The notes: generated by a model from the letters alone, not told the origin. A stretch of 64,000 nt of DNA from Microcoleus sp. (GCA_042408215.1 JAYFMW010000008.1:96001-160000), one strand, 5' to 3'; counted from the stretch's first letter, positions 39,072 to 49,046 are shown. Made by a program: numbers and translations.

Positions 39072-39308
39072 CTACGGATAAATCGGATAAATCTGTATTG
39101 CAGTCAATAAATAGGCGATCGCATAACGCAAGCACGCCCGAATATCATCCATTTCCAAATCGGGATAGTAATCTTGGATAATCTCTGCAAAAGAAAGCCC
39201 TTCATTTAGTAATTCGAGAACGCTCTGTACAGTAATGCGCGTACCCACTATGCAAGGCTTACCGAAGTGAATTTGAGGGTTGACGGAGATTCTGTCCATT
39301 TTGACCAC
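39072..39308 (-). CDS. DUF433 antitoxin-like protein, copy 1
   Basis: PQIHFGKPCIVGTRITV...DYYPDL motif. Confidence 0.85.
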   Translation of the reverse strand: MVKMDRISVNPQIHFGKPCIVGTRITVQSVLELLNEGLSFAEIIQDYYPDLEMDDIRACLRYAIAYLLTAIQIYPIYP

Positions 39309-39447
39309 GCAGCTCTATGTCTCTTCTATTTTAAGTCATCAGTTAGGCGATCGCAACTTGTCTTTTTTCAGCAGTGAGCCTATCGCCCTTTTATTTCCCA
39401 AAAGTGCGATCGCCCTTATCTTCCCAAAGTGCGATCGCCCATCTTTC

Positions 39448-39813
39448 TTAAGTCTCAAACGGGTTAATCAGTGTGAGTTCAGCAATCCACCGAAAATCCC
39501 CTATATTTCTTGTAACTAAAGTTTTGCCATATACCAAAGCTGTTGCCGCAATCATAGCATCCCCTAGTGTCATTCTCCTCATCTGTCTCAACAGCACTGC
39601 GCGATCGAGTACAGCGTTAGAAATTGGTAAAACCTCCACCACACCAAAGAATTCCTCAAAGTACAATCTATACTCTTCCGTTAGCTGATGATAACCCAAG
39701 ACTTCAACGTAACTTATTGCCGATACAACTATGTCATGTTCACCAATAAACTGCCTAATCTGCGCGTGTTCTGGTTGAGAAGCGTAGATAATAATATTAC
39801 TGTCAAGCAGCAT
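39448..39813 (-). CDS. vapC: PIN/VapC toxin
   Basis: LLDSNIIIY, DAMIAATAL and LVTRNIGDF motifs. Confidence 0.92.
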   Translation of the reverse strand: MLLDSNIIIYASQPEHAQIRQFIGEHDIVVSAISYVEVLGYHQLTEEYRLYFEEFFGVVEVLPISNAVLDRAVLLRQMRRMTLGDAMIAATALVYGKTLVTRNIGDFRWIAELTLINPFET

Positions 39814-40088
39814 TATTCATCCCTACCTGGAAGTGGACGATCTTGACGCAATTCTCGCTGCCATTCCACCGGATCGATAATATCAGCAAAGACATTATTT
39901 GCTGCAATTTTTTCCAATATTTCAACTATTCTCTGACGGCGAAGCTCAGCACTTAAAGTCGATCGCTCTTCTTGTAAAGTAACGTAAACTCTGATAGGGA
40001 CATCGCCCTGTCTTGGAACCTCATTAGCCCATTCTAAAAGGTTTCCCTTCAATATAGCCTCAAATACTCGCTGCATAGCTAATATCAA
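39813..40088 (-). CDS. Antitoxin of the VapC pair
   Basis: DPVEWQRELRQDRPLPGR motif; TAATG coupling to vapC. Confidence 0.8.
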   Translation of the reverse strand: MILAMQRVFEAILKGNLLEWANEVPRQGDVPIRVYVTLQEERSTLSAELRRQRIVEILEKIAANNVFADIIDPVEWQRELRQDRPLPGRDE

Positions 40089-40135
40089 CTATTCTCTATT
40101 TTTATTATTATAGCTCTTTGATGACTGGCTCGCCC

Positions 40136-40372
40136 TTATTTTCCCAAAGTACGATCGCCCTTTTCTTCCAACACCAGTGCGATCGCATAACGCAAGCAAG
40201 CCCGAATATCATCCATTTCCAAATCGGGATAATAGTCTTGGATAATCTCTCCAAAAGAAAGCCCTTCATTTAGTAATTCGAGAACGCTCTGTACAGTAAT
40301 GCGCGTACCCACTATGCAAGGCTTACCGAAGTGAATTTGAGGGTTGACGGAGATTCTGTCCATTTTGACCAC
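40136..40372 (-). CDS. DUF433 antitoxin-like protein, copy 2
   Basis: Nearly identical to 39072-39308 up to a HIP1 site. Confidence 0.85.
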   Translation of the reverse strand: MVKMDRISVNPQIHFGKPCIVGTRITVQSVLELLNEGLSFGEIIQDYYPDLEMDDIRACLRYAIALVLEEKGDRTLGK

Positions 40373-40507
40373 GCAGCTCTATGTCTCTTCTATTTTAAGT
40401 CATCAGTTAGGCGATCGCAACTTGTCTTTTTCAGCAGTGAGCCGATCGCCCTTTTATTTCCCAAAGTACGCGCGTGCGAAGCTATCCCGTAGGGAATCGC
40501 ACTTCGG

Positions 40508-40768
40508 TTAATCATAAATTTCTCTCCGGTGTCCAATCTGGTGAATAGTAATCAGCTTTAAATCATCATCAAAAGAATAAATTACCCGATAATCACCCAC
40601 TCTTAACTTAAAGAAACCAGCCAGATTAGCCGACAAAGGCATAGGAGTAATTTGTGCAAAATTTTCAGCCAACCAATTGATTTTATTACCTATACGCTCC
40701 TGCACAGCCTGAGTCAATCTGTCTTGGTTAACCAGAGCTTCTGCTGTCAACTCAACCGAATAGCTCAT
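40508..40768 (-). CDS. RelE/ParE-family toxin
   Basis: FKLRVGDYRVIY...IGHRREIY. Confidence 0.9.
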   Translation of the reverse strand: MSYSVELTAEALVNQDRLTQAVQERIGNKINWLAENFAQITPMPLSANLAGFFKLRVGDYRVIYSFDDDLKLITIHQIGHRREIYD

Positions 40769-40983
40769 TACGCTTTCATGCCGATTTTTTGATAAACTTC
40801 CCCAGCTTCGATGCTGCTTTCTCCTGCTTGCTTGCGCTTCATTGACTCTAACAATTTCTGCTTAACTTCTTCCTTAACTTCTAAACCTGCATCAGGATCG
40901 CCCAAATATTCTTCTAAGCACTGTTCCACGGTATGCCGAATCAAGTCCCGCAGTTGCTCAACTGTCATATCTTTGACTTGCAT
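40768..40983 (-). CDS. Antitoxin of the RelE pair
   Basis: MQVKDMTVEQL...GDPDAGLE motif; TAATG coupling. Confidence 0.82.
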   Translation of the reverse strand: MQVKDMTVEQLRDLIRHTVEQCLEEYLGDPDAGLEVKEEVKQKLLESMKRKQAGESSIEAGEVYQKIGMKA

Positions 40984-41240
40984 CTTAATCTCCTAGTCTG
41001 TGGGATTATCAATAAATAATAGCAACTTTTTAAAATTATGGGAAATACGATCGCCCTGATCTTCCCAAAGTACCTGAAGCACAGCGGGTGCATCTGTGTT
41101 TTGCAAATATACTCGTAGGGGCGAAGCATGACCGCTGTAAATCTCTGTCTCTCGCTAATAAATTGTCTGCGGTCATGCTTCGCCTATGCAAAATCGGGAT
41201 GCTCCCAGCACAGCTATCCCAAAGTGCGATCGACCTAAAT

Positions 41241-41798
41241 CTAACTCCCAGGAAATAAAAACTCAGTAGCAACATTCCACCGACTACCATCATGAATCAA
41301 TAAAATCAACTCCGAAGCAGTAAACTCAAAAAAGATCGATCGCCCTTTGAACTCCAACCAAGCAGCATCAAAATTTTGCTTGCTCAAATCGCGAAACCCC
41401 ACAGTCATGTGCGGCACAAAAGGCCTAGTCTGAGAAACTCGATCGCCAATTCCCAAATTTTCCCCTACATAACTCATCAAATCTTTTTGAACATCCAGCA
41501 ATGCCGGCGACTTGACAACATCAACATAAATAACGCGGGGCGCAAAAGCCGCAAAACCGGACAGAGTAACGGGAATGGGGAACCGGTTAGCAGCAAACAC
41601 CTTCAAACATTCCTCTAACTTGGGAACATCTTCTGCTAACCACTCAAAAGGAGATTGCAGCGTGACATGGGGCGGCGACTTCAATGCACCGCGACTGTTG
41701 TAGTGTTCCGCAACATACAGTTTAATCTCAGTAATGTGCTGTTGAATATCAAGAGGCGGCATCAGAGCAATAAAAAATCGCTGTTTTGATGGATTCAT
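41241..41798 (-). CDS. 2'-5' RNA ligase / 2H phosphoesterase family protein
   Basis: Two HxT motifs (PHVTL, PHMTV). Confidence 0.9.
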   Translation of the reverse strand: MNPSKQRFFIALMPPLDIQQHITEIKLYVAEHYNSRGALKSPPHVTLQSPFEWLAEDVPKLEECLKVFAANRFPIPVTLSGFAAFAPRVIYVDVVKSPALLDVQKDLMSYVGENLGIGDRVSQTRPFVPHMTVGFRDLSKQNFDAAWLEFKGRSIFFEFTASELILLIHDGSRWNVATEFLFPGS

Positions 41799-41922
41799 AA
41801 GATAGTATCGCTTTAAAGAAAGGATGCTGGAACATGGAACATAGAGCATTTGCCTTATGGCCCACTTGCCCGCTGACTCATTCCCAATCTAAGATCGAAA
41901 ATAAAAAATCCCCAATAAAAAA

Positions 41923-42189
41923 ATGCCTTGGTTTGTCAAAATAGAGCAAGGAATTGTCGAAAAGCCCGTCTTTGACCAGTACGTGCCCGCTCACAGAGCT
42001 TATGTCCGAGACCTGATTTCAAAAGGACACCGAGCCAAAACGGGCTACTGGGCAAGGAGAGGTGGCGGTATGTTGATGTTTGAGGCGGGTTCGATGGATG
42101 AAGCAAGGGCGATCGTCGCTGAAGACCCGCTGGTGAAGCACGGTTGCGTTATCTATGAAATTTATCACTGGTGTGTGGTTGAAGAATAG
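41923..42189 (+). CDS. YciI-family protein
   Basis: VPAHRAY...GGGMLMF...DPL motif. Confidence 0.88.
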   Translation: MPWFVKIEQGIVEKPVFDQYVPAHRAYVRDLISKGHRAKTGYWARRGGGMLMFEAGSMDEARAIVAEDPLVKHGCVIYEIYHWCVVEE

Positions 42190-42212
42190 AATAACTGTGT
42201 TATACTCATAAA

Positions 42213-42308
42213 TGAACTGGACCCACGCGATTACAACGCCCAAATCTTGTCAGGACCGGAAGGTAGCAGCAACACGGGATGCTTGTGATAGGCGTGGTAT
42301 CCGGTTCA
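42213..42308 (+). ncRNA. ffs: Signal recognition particle RNA (4.5S)
   Basis: Conserved TCAGGACCGGAAGGTAGCAGC core inside a long hairpin TGAACTGG...CCGGTTCA. Confidence 0.93.
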
Positions 42309-42333
42309 CCCAGTTTTTTGAGGTGTAGCTTCT

Positions 42334-42717
42334 ATGGCTGGTTTTGGAGATATTTTACAGAAAGCAGTTTACCTGGGCGTTGGGCTAGCTTCCTACGCTG
42401 GCGAAAAAGCAGGTAGCAAGCTAAATGAGTTGCGAGCTGAAGCCCAAAAGCTGGCGGATGAATTGGTGAAGCGGGGCGAGATGTCAACGGAAGAAGCTCG
42501 TCGCTTTGTTGATGATATGGTGCAACAGGCTCAGCAGCAACAGTCGCCAGTAGCACCGGCTGCGGAGCAAAAACCTACGGAACCGCGCCGGATTGAAATT
42601 GTTTCTGAGGAAGAAGATGCTTCAGGAAAAGATGCTAAAGATGCTGGGGGCGTAGACAAGCTCCGCGAGCAGGTGCAGAATTTACAAGATGAATTGCGAC
42701 GGCTGAAGCGAGATTAA
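42334..42717 (+). CDS. Phasin-like / conserved cyanobacterial protein
   Basis: KAVYLGVGLAS...DELVKRGEMSTEEAR motif. Confidence 0.8.
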   Translation: MAGFGDILQKAVYLGVGLASYAGEKAGSKLNELRAEAQKLADELVKRGEMSTEEARRFVDDMVQQAQQQQSPVAPAAEQKPTEPRRIEIVSEEEDASGKDAKDAGGVDKLREQVQNLQDELRRLKRD

Positions 42718-42744
42718 TCTGCAAAAAGTGCGATCGCCAACCAT

Positions 42745-42782
42745 AAAGGGAACTCGGAGTCAAGCTCTTGAGTTCCCTTTTT
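42745..42782 (+). terminator. Rho-independent terminator
   Basis: AAAGGGAACTC...GAGTTCCCTTT followed by T tract. Confidence 0.75.
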
Positions 42783-42960
42783 GAATATCTCCCCCACAAT
42801 CTCAAATCAGATGTGGACGGATCTGAGGCAATAGGTAATAGAATTGAGATTGGGGTACTTGCACTTTGCTTGAGGCTGGCTATACATCCCTGTTAGATCC
42901 TGTCGGCTTAATTACCCGCAATCAACATTAAAGTCTTTTCAACAGTAAGTTTACAAATCA

Positions 42961-43416
42961 ATGGAAGATTGGTCAAAAGATTTCTTTGAAGTAATGGAAA
43001 ATGCTGTTTCTGAAGTAGAGCATTTTTTCAGCGATGTGAACGATGAGTTTGCAGAAATGCTGGATGTTCTGGCCAAGCTTTCCGAAGAGTTTACAGAACA
43101 AGTACAAAATAATCTGATTAACGAGATTGACGGTTGTTTCAATGAGTTTGACGGCTATTTCAATGAATTAATAGAACCGATAATTGAGCTTTACCGCGAA
43201 TTAGATCCTGATTTTGACGAGATAGATTCGTCTTTTGTGACTCATGTAAACCCTTCGCCGATGCAGCATCCGGTTTGTCGCGGTTGTCGCAACTATCACG
43301 GTCAAGTTTATGGCGGAAATTTGTTGGTTTGTGCGATGCACCCCAGCGGTGTGGAATCTGAAAGTTGTCCTGATTGGGAATCTGATAGCGATGCAGATTT
43401 TTCAGGCGGAAGTTGA
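42961..43416 (+). CDS. Conserved acidic hypothetical protein with C-terminal Cys/His motif
   Basis: CRGCRNYHGQVYGGNLLVCAMHP...CPDW. Confidence 0.8.
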   Translation: MEDWSKDFFEVMENAVSEVEHFFSDVNDEFAEMLDVLAKLSEEFTEQVQNNLINEIDGCFNEFDGYFNELIEPIIELYRELDPDFDEIDSSFVTHVNPSPMQHPVCRGCRNYHGQVYGGNLLVCAMHPSGVESESCPDWESDSDADFSGGS

Positions 43417-43438
43417 GTTGTTGAGGGGTTAATGGCTT

Positions 43439-44008
43439 ATGATAACGTCAATTCAGTCTCCGTCAAAGATTTCTCTGGAAGACTTTTTGCTGCTTCCAGA
43501 AACTAAGCCGGCTAGCGAGTATGTTGATGGTGAAATTTATCAAAAAGATATGGCACAAGGAAAACATAGTACATTACAATTCGAGTTTCCATCTGTGATT
43601 AACCGAGTTGGTAAACCGCAGAAATTAGCTTATGCGTTTCCTGAATTGCGCTGCACTTTTGATGGACGTTCTATTGTTCCAGATATCGCAGTATTCGAGT
43701 GGCCGCGCATTCCTCTGAATGCTAAGGGAGAAATTGAAAATAGGTTGGAAATTCCGCCGGATTGGATAATTGAGATTTTATCGCCGGATCAAAGTTCAAC
43801 TCGCGTGATTAATCAGATTCTGTTTTGCCTCAAAAATAACACTAAATTAGGTTGGCTGGTTGACCCGGAAGAAAAATTAGTCATTGTATTTCAACCGCAG
43901 CAGCAACTTGAAATTAAAGAAAATGAAGATGTTTTACCTGTACTCGATGTGCTGTCTGGTTTGCAACTGTCGGCGGCAAATTTGTTTGAGCTGTTAAGTT
44001 TTAATTAG
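43439..44008 (+). CDS. Uma2-family endonuclease
   Basis: PETKPASEY, FPELRCTF..SIVPD and PDWIIEILSP motifs. Confidence 0.92.
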   Translation: MITSIQSPSKISLEDFLLLPETKPASEYVDGEIYQKDMAQGKHSTLQFEFPSVINRVGKPQKLAYAFPELRCTFDGRSIVPDIAVFEWPRIPLNAKGEIENRLEIPPDWIIEILSPDQSSTRVINQILFCLKNNTKLGWLVDPEEKLVIVFQPQQQLEIKENEDVLPVLDVLSGLQLSAANLFELLSFN

Positions 44009-44059
44009 AAATGAGTTACAGTTGAATTTAGGGAATGTTGCATCTAACTGTATTTAAAA

Positions 44060-45496
44060 GTGAATATATCGATCGCACATAATGCCCAATTTGGGTTTCC
44101 GAGAATGCCAGCAACACTGCAATTGCGGCATTATCAGCGAGTTGCGGTTGCTAATTGGTTTGCCAATAATGGACGCGGTACGCTGAAGATGGCGACGGGT
44201 AGCGGTAAGACGATTACTGCACTGGCGATCGCCACTGAATTATACCAAAAAATTAGCCTGGAAGTTCTCCTCGTAATTTGCCCCTATTGCCACCTGGTGA
44301 ATCAGTGGGCGCGTGAATCGGAGAAATTTGGTTTAAAACCTATTTTGGCTTTTGAAGACGCTTGCAGTTGGCAAAATAAACTAGCTGCGAGTTTGTATGA
44401 AGTGCGATCCTCTTCGAGGGCTTCGCTAACGGGCGATTCCCTACGGGATAGCTGCGCTTCACGGGCATTTCTCACAATCATCACCACTAACGCCACATTA
44501 ATGTCAGATAGCTTGCAATCGCAACTGCGCTATTTCCCAGAAAAAACCCTAATTATTGGAGACGAAGTTCACAACTTAGGCGCGCCCCGTTTAGGACAAA
44601 GTTTACCCCGCAATATTGGGCTGCGCCTCGCCCTTTCCGCCACCCCAGAAAGGCATTATGACGAACAGGGAACCGAAGCTATTTTAGATTATTTCGGCCC
44701 AGTTTTGCAGCCGGAACTCACCTTAGCCGATGCCATCCGCCAGAAAGCATTAGTACATTATTTATACTACCCCATTTTAGTAGAATTAACCGAAACCGAA
44801 ACTCGCAAATATTCCTACTTAACTAAAAAAATTGGCTGGGCGCTTTGGGGCGATGAAAACCTAGAAAATAATGATGCTTTAACGCCTTTATTAATGCAGC
44901 GGGCTAGGTTAATTGGGGCGGCGGCCAATAAATTAACAGCTTTGCGGGAATTAATGATTAACCGTCTCGATACAGCACACACTTTATTTTACTGCGGCGA
45001 CGGTTCCATCGAAGGAGCAACGCGCAAAAATAACAACCGCCAACTAACAGAAACCACGAAGTTACTCGGTTCAGAATTGGGCTACCGAGTTAACACTTAT
45101 ACTGCGGCAACACCTTTAGCAGAAAGAGAACGATTGCGCCAACAATTTGAGAGTGGAGAATTGCAAGGTTTGGTAGCGATTCGGTGTTTGGATGAGGGCG
45201 TTGACATTCCAGCAATTCGCAATGCCGTAATTTTAGCAAGCAGCAGCAATCCGCGTCAATTTATTCAGCGTCGCGGGCGGATTTTGCGGCCACATCCAGG
45301 GAAAGAAAGAGCCACTTTATTTGACATGATAGTTTTGCCGCCAGATTTGGGAAGGGAGACAATAGAAGTCGAGCGCAATTTACTGCGAAAGGAGTTGAAG
45401 CGGTTCTTAGAATTTGCCGATTTGGCTGACAACGCTGGGGAAGCTAGAGTAAAATTACTGCAACTTCAGAGACGGTACGGGCTATTAGACATTTGA
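44060..45496 (+). CDS. DNA phosphorothioation-associated SF2 helicase/restriction protein (PbeA-like, no N-terminal PLD domain seen)
   Basis: MATGSGKT, DEVH, LSATP, LDEGVDIP and QRRGRILR motifs; dnd context. Confidence 0.88.
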   Translation: MNISIAHNAQFGFPRMPATLQLRHYQRVAVANWFANNGRGTLKMATGSGKTITALAIATELYQKISLEVLLVICPYCHLVNQWARESEKFGLKPILAFEDACSWQNKLAASLYEVRSSSRASLTGDSLRDSCASRAFLTIITTNATLMSDSLQSQLRYFPEKTLIIGDEVHNLGAPRLGQSLPRNIGLRLALSATPERHYDEQGTEAILDYFGPVLQPELTLADAIRQKALVHYLYYPILVELTETETRKYSYLTKKIGWALWGDENLENNDALTPLLMQRARLIGAAANKLTALRELMINRLDTAHTLFYCGDGSIEGATRKNNNRQLTETTKLLGSELGYRVNTYTAATPLAERERLRQQFESGELQGLVAIRCLDEGVDIPAIRNAVILASSSNPRQFIQRRGRILRPHPGKERATLFDMIVLPPDLGRETIEVERNLLRKELKRFLEFADLADNAGEARVKLLQLQRRYGLLDI

Positions 45497-45700
45497 CATT
45501 TATTCGGCTTTGGTTTATGTTTAAGAATATAGAATTATTCGATCGCTCTTGAGAATTCCTAGGTTTGGATTTGCGCGGAAACCGGGTTTTTTTCCGAAAC
45601 TACCGCATCTCAGCCTTAAATCCTGTAAAAACCCGGTTTCTTTGGTGTAATGCGCCAGTCCCGTAAGTAAGTCTTAATACTAAAAAATGCGAGGTAAAGT

Positions 45701-45988
45701 TTGATGGAAAATCTGCTGGAAAATCTGCTGGAAAATCCGATAAATACATATAAATATGGCAACATCACAACTCCGAAAAAATCAACAGAAATTTTAGCAG
45801 AAAAGCGTTCCTCCTATCAGACTGACAAGGATTTGAGCGATGTGCAAGAACCAATTACTAGCGCGCCGCCGGAAGTACGGCAAATTATTGAGCGGGTATT
45901 AGAAATTGAGAAAGATAAACTCTACATGAAATCTCCCCGCTATATCAGCGATGACATTTTGAAAATTATTAAGGAAGCGATTATATGA
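45701..45988 (+). CDS. Small dnd-associated protein (PbeB position)
   Basis: ATGA overlap with the ATPase; PEVRQIIERVLEIEKDKL. Confidence 0.7.
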   Translation: MMENLLENLLENPINTYKYGNITTPKKSTEILAEKRSSYQTDKDLSDVQEPITSAPPEVRQIIERVLEIEKDKLYMKSPRYISDDILKIIKEAII

Positions 45989-48051
45989 AGTTAATTTCAA
46001 TTATTCTGTGCAACTTTCGGCAATTTTACGGCAAAAGTCCCGAAATTAAGCTGGCGTGCGGCGAGCAAAATACTACAGTGATTCACGGAAATAACGGTGC
46101 TGGAAAAACTGCTTTGATGAATGCCTTTACGTGGGTACTTTACGGACAATTTAGCGCTGCTTTTGCTGCGACAGAGCAATTAGTAAACAAGCGCGCTCTG
46201 GCTGAGGCAGAAATGGGAAAAGCAGTAGCTTGTTGGGCTGAAATTGTGTTTGAACACGACAGCACTCGCTACAAAGCATATCGTGCTTGTCGCGCTTACA
46301 AAAATGAAAATACTGTAGAATATGGCGACAGCGAATTGTCACTGACTGTAGCCAAAGATGACGGCCGCTGGATGCCGACGGCGCAGCATCCTGATGATAT
46401 TATCGGACGGATTTTGCCGGAAAGTTTGCATAAATATTTCTTTTTTGATGGGGAACGAATCGAGCAAATTGTCCGCTATGACAAGAAGGCAGAAATTGCG
46501 GAAGCTACTAAGGAATTGCTGGGCGTAGAAGTATTGAACCGCTCGATCCGGCATTTATTAGATGCAAAAAAGTCTTTAGAAACCGATTTAAAAATAGTCG
46601 GAAATGCGGAAAGTAAGAAATTATTGACGGAACAAAATAAATGCGAACTAGAAATTGAAAAACTTTCCCTGCGGCAAGTCGAAATCGAGGGGGAGTTGGC
46701 AAGTCAAGGCGAGTTAAAAAGAGCAATTAGTGGTAGTTTGCTGGAACTTAGCGGTGCTGGGGATTTACAAAAGTTGCGAGACGAATTGGACAAGCAGAAA
46801 AGTTTATTTAAGCAACAAATTGTACAGGCTACAGATGCTCTGAAACGAGCAATTTCTATGCGGGGTTATGGGGTGTTTCTGTTGGATGCGGTGGCGGAAT
46901 TTCAAGTAATTTTTGAAGATTTGCGGGGAAAAGGCGAGTTGCTTTCGGGGATTAAAAGGCCGTTTCTCTCAGAGTTATTAGCGAGGGAAATGTGTATTTG
47001 CGGTGCGGAATTAGTGGAGGGTTCTGAAGCTCACGAAAATGTTAGCGGTTGGATGGATAAAGCGGGAGTTGGTGATGTGGAGGAAACGACTATTCGGATT
47101 AGCGATCGCGTGAATGAAATAGACAGGCAAATCGCTGATTTTTGGGAGGAAATTGACAGTCAGCAAGCTAATATTAAAAGCGGCAGAATCGAACTTTCTA
47201 GGGTGGAAAACCAGTTAGATGATATTCACAACAAGCTGCGAAATTTTCCAGACGGCGATGTCAGCGGCTTGCAAAAGCGCTTGGATGAAATTGAGGTAAC
47301 AATTGGCGATTTGCAACGGGAAACTGGTTCTAACCAGCAGCAAATTGAGAGTTTGAGCGCGCAGGTTGCGGGTTTAAATAAGCAAATTGACAAGCAGCAC
47401 ATGAATGAGGAAAGGCAAATATTGGTTCAGCGACGGATTGCTGCGACTCAGGATGCGATCGATCGCCTAATTGAAGTGCGATCGCGCTTGGAGAAACAGT
47501 TTTGTTCTCAGCTAGAAAGGCGAGTGCAGGATATTTTTAGTCAAATTTCTTTTACTCCTTATATTCCCAAGTTGAGCGATAAATACGAACTGACATTAGT
47601 AGAAAATACCTCGGGAAAAGAATCTTTGGTTGCTGCTTCTACGGGGGAAAATCAAATTCTCAGTTTGTCGTTTATTGGGGGAATTATTGAGGGCGTGCGG
47701 GAGTGGAGTCAAAAGAATACTTTGATGGGCCCCGATAGCAGTACGTTTCCCATAGTTATGGATTCTCCTTTTGGCAGTTTGGATGAAGTTTATCGCAAGC
47801 AAATTGCGAAAAAATTGCCGAAATTGGCGAATCAATTGGTGATTTTGGTAACAAAAACTCAGTGGCGGGGAGAAGTCGCGCAAGAGATGGAAAATTGCAC
47901 TGGGAGAGAATATGTACTTGTCTACAATTCTCCTAAACCAGATTGCGAAGAAGATGCGATCGAATTGGGCGGGATGCGCTATCCTTTAGTTAAGCACAGT
48001 CCGAATGAGTTTGAATATACAGAAATTGTAGAGGTGGATTATGGCTTCTAG
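45985..48051 (+). CDS. SMC/Rad50-like ABC ATPase (PbeC/DndD-like paralog)
   Basis: GNNGAGKT, FFFDGE, CICG hook, ASTGENQ and DSPFGSLD motifs. Confidence 0.88.
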   Translation: MKLISIILCNFRQFYGKSPEIKLACGEQNTTVIHGNNGAGKTALMNAFTWVLYGQFSAAFAATEQLVNKRALAEAEMGKAVACWAEIVFEHDSTRYKAYRACRAYKNENTVEYGDSELSLTVAKDDGRWMPTAQHPDDIIGRILPESLHKYFFFDGERIEQIVRYDKKAEIAEATKELLGVEVLNRSIRHLLDAKKSLETDLKIVGNAESKKLLTEQNKCELEIEKLSLRQVEIEGELASQGELKRAISGSLLELSGAGDLQKLRDELDKQKSLFKQQIVQATDALKRAISMRGYGVFLLDAVAEFQVIFEDLRGKGELLSGIKRPFLSELLAREMCICGAELVEGSEAHENVSGWMDKAGVGDVEETTIRISDRVNEIDRQIADFWEEIDSQQANIKSGRIELSRVENQLDDIHNKLRNFPDGDVSGLQKRLDEIEVTIGDLQRETGSNQQQIESLSAQVAGLNKQIDKQHMNEERQILVQRRIAATQDAIDRLIEVRSRLEKQFCSQLERRVQDIFSQISFTPYIPKLSDKYELTLVENTSGKESLVAASTGENQILSLSFIGGIIEGVREWSQKNTLMGPDSSTFPIVMDSPFGSLDEVYRKQIAKKLPKLANQLVILVTKTQWRGEVAQEMENCTGREYVLVYNSPKPDCEEDAIELGGMRYPLVKHSPNEFEYTEIVEVDYGF

Positions 48052-48697
48052 TTCGGTAATTACGCAGGTTTTGGAAACGGATATTTGGGTGAAAGCAACG
48101 TGGGAAGAATTTCTGGCATTTGCTGAGGATTCAACTTGGGAAAAGGGCAAGTTTTATTATTATGAACAACACATGAGGGTAGAAATGTCACCAGTAGGGC
48201 CATTACACGGACGTCAAAATTCGATTATTCCCTATGTAATCATTCTTTTTGCGACTTTCAGAAATATCCGAGTAGTTCAGTTTACTAATACCAGTTTTCG
48301 CAAAGCTGGTATTGGTGAGTTTCAGCCGGATTTAGCTTACTACATTGGTGCTGATTTGAGAGTTCCTCCTGATGATAGCAATTCTGTTGTTGATTTAAAT
48401 ATATACGATCCACCTAGTTTGGTAGTAGAAATTGGTGCATCTTCTTTTAATGATGATTTAGGTGGAAAACGGTTACTTTATGAAAGTGCAGGAATTCGCG
48501 AATATTGGGTAGATCGTGCGAATACGCGGGAGATTTTTGCCTTTGCGATTAATGGCAAAAGTAGCGGCAGAATTGAAAATTCTCTGGTTTTACCTGGGCT
48601 GGAAATAGCGTTAATTGAGGAGGCTTTGAATCGGAGTCTGACGGAAGATGATGGGGAAATTAATCGCTGGTTGATTCAAACTTTTAGTCAAGGTTAA
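48041..48697 (+). CDS. Uma2-family endonuclease
   Basis: ATWEEF, QPDLAYY, PPSLVVEI and GIREYW motifs. Confidence 0.9.
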   Translation: MASSSVITQVLETDIWVKATWEEFLAFAEDSTWEKGKFYYYEQHMRVEMSPVGPLHGRQNSIIPYVIILFATFRNIRVVQFTNTSFRKAGIGEFQPDLAYYIGADLRVPPDDSNSVVDLNIYDPPSLVVEIGASSFNDDLGGKRLLYESAGIREYWVDRANTREIFAFAINGKSSGRIENSLVLPGLEIALIEEALNRSLTEDDGEINRWLIQTFSQG

Positions 48698-48701
48698 AGG
48701 A

Positions 48702-49046
48702 GTGTTTGAGGTGGGGAAAGAGTATCATAAGTTGGTGCGCGATCGCATTCCTGAAATTATTCGTAAAAGTGGGAATGAATGCGAGGTGGTAATTTTGTCA
48801 GATGCAGAATACTGTCAAGCTTTGCGATTGAAATTGATGGAAGAAGCTGGGGAAGCTGCGGAGGCTAAGGGGGAAGATTTGGTGGCTGAATTGGCTGATT
48901 TGTATGAGGTGATAGATGCGCTGATGGCTAGTTATGGCATTTCGGGCGATCGCATTTTGAAAGCACAAGTCAAGCGCCGGGAAGAAAGAGGGGGTTTTGC
49001 ACAAAAAATTATGCTGTTGCGGACGGGAAGTAAAGGTGAAAGCTAG
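48702..49046 (+). CDS. MazG-like nucleoside triphosphate pyrophosphohydrolase
   Basis: KLVRDRIPEII, KLMEEAGE, ELADLYEV and ERGGF motifs. Confidence 0.88.
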   Translation: MFEVGKEYHKLVRDRIPEIIRKSGNECEVVILSDAEYCQALRLKLMEEAGEAAEAKGEDLVAELADLYEVIDALMASYGISGDRILKAQVKRREERGGFAQKIMLLRTGSKGES

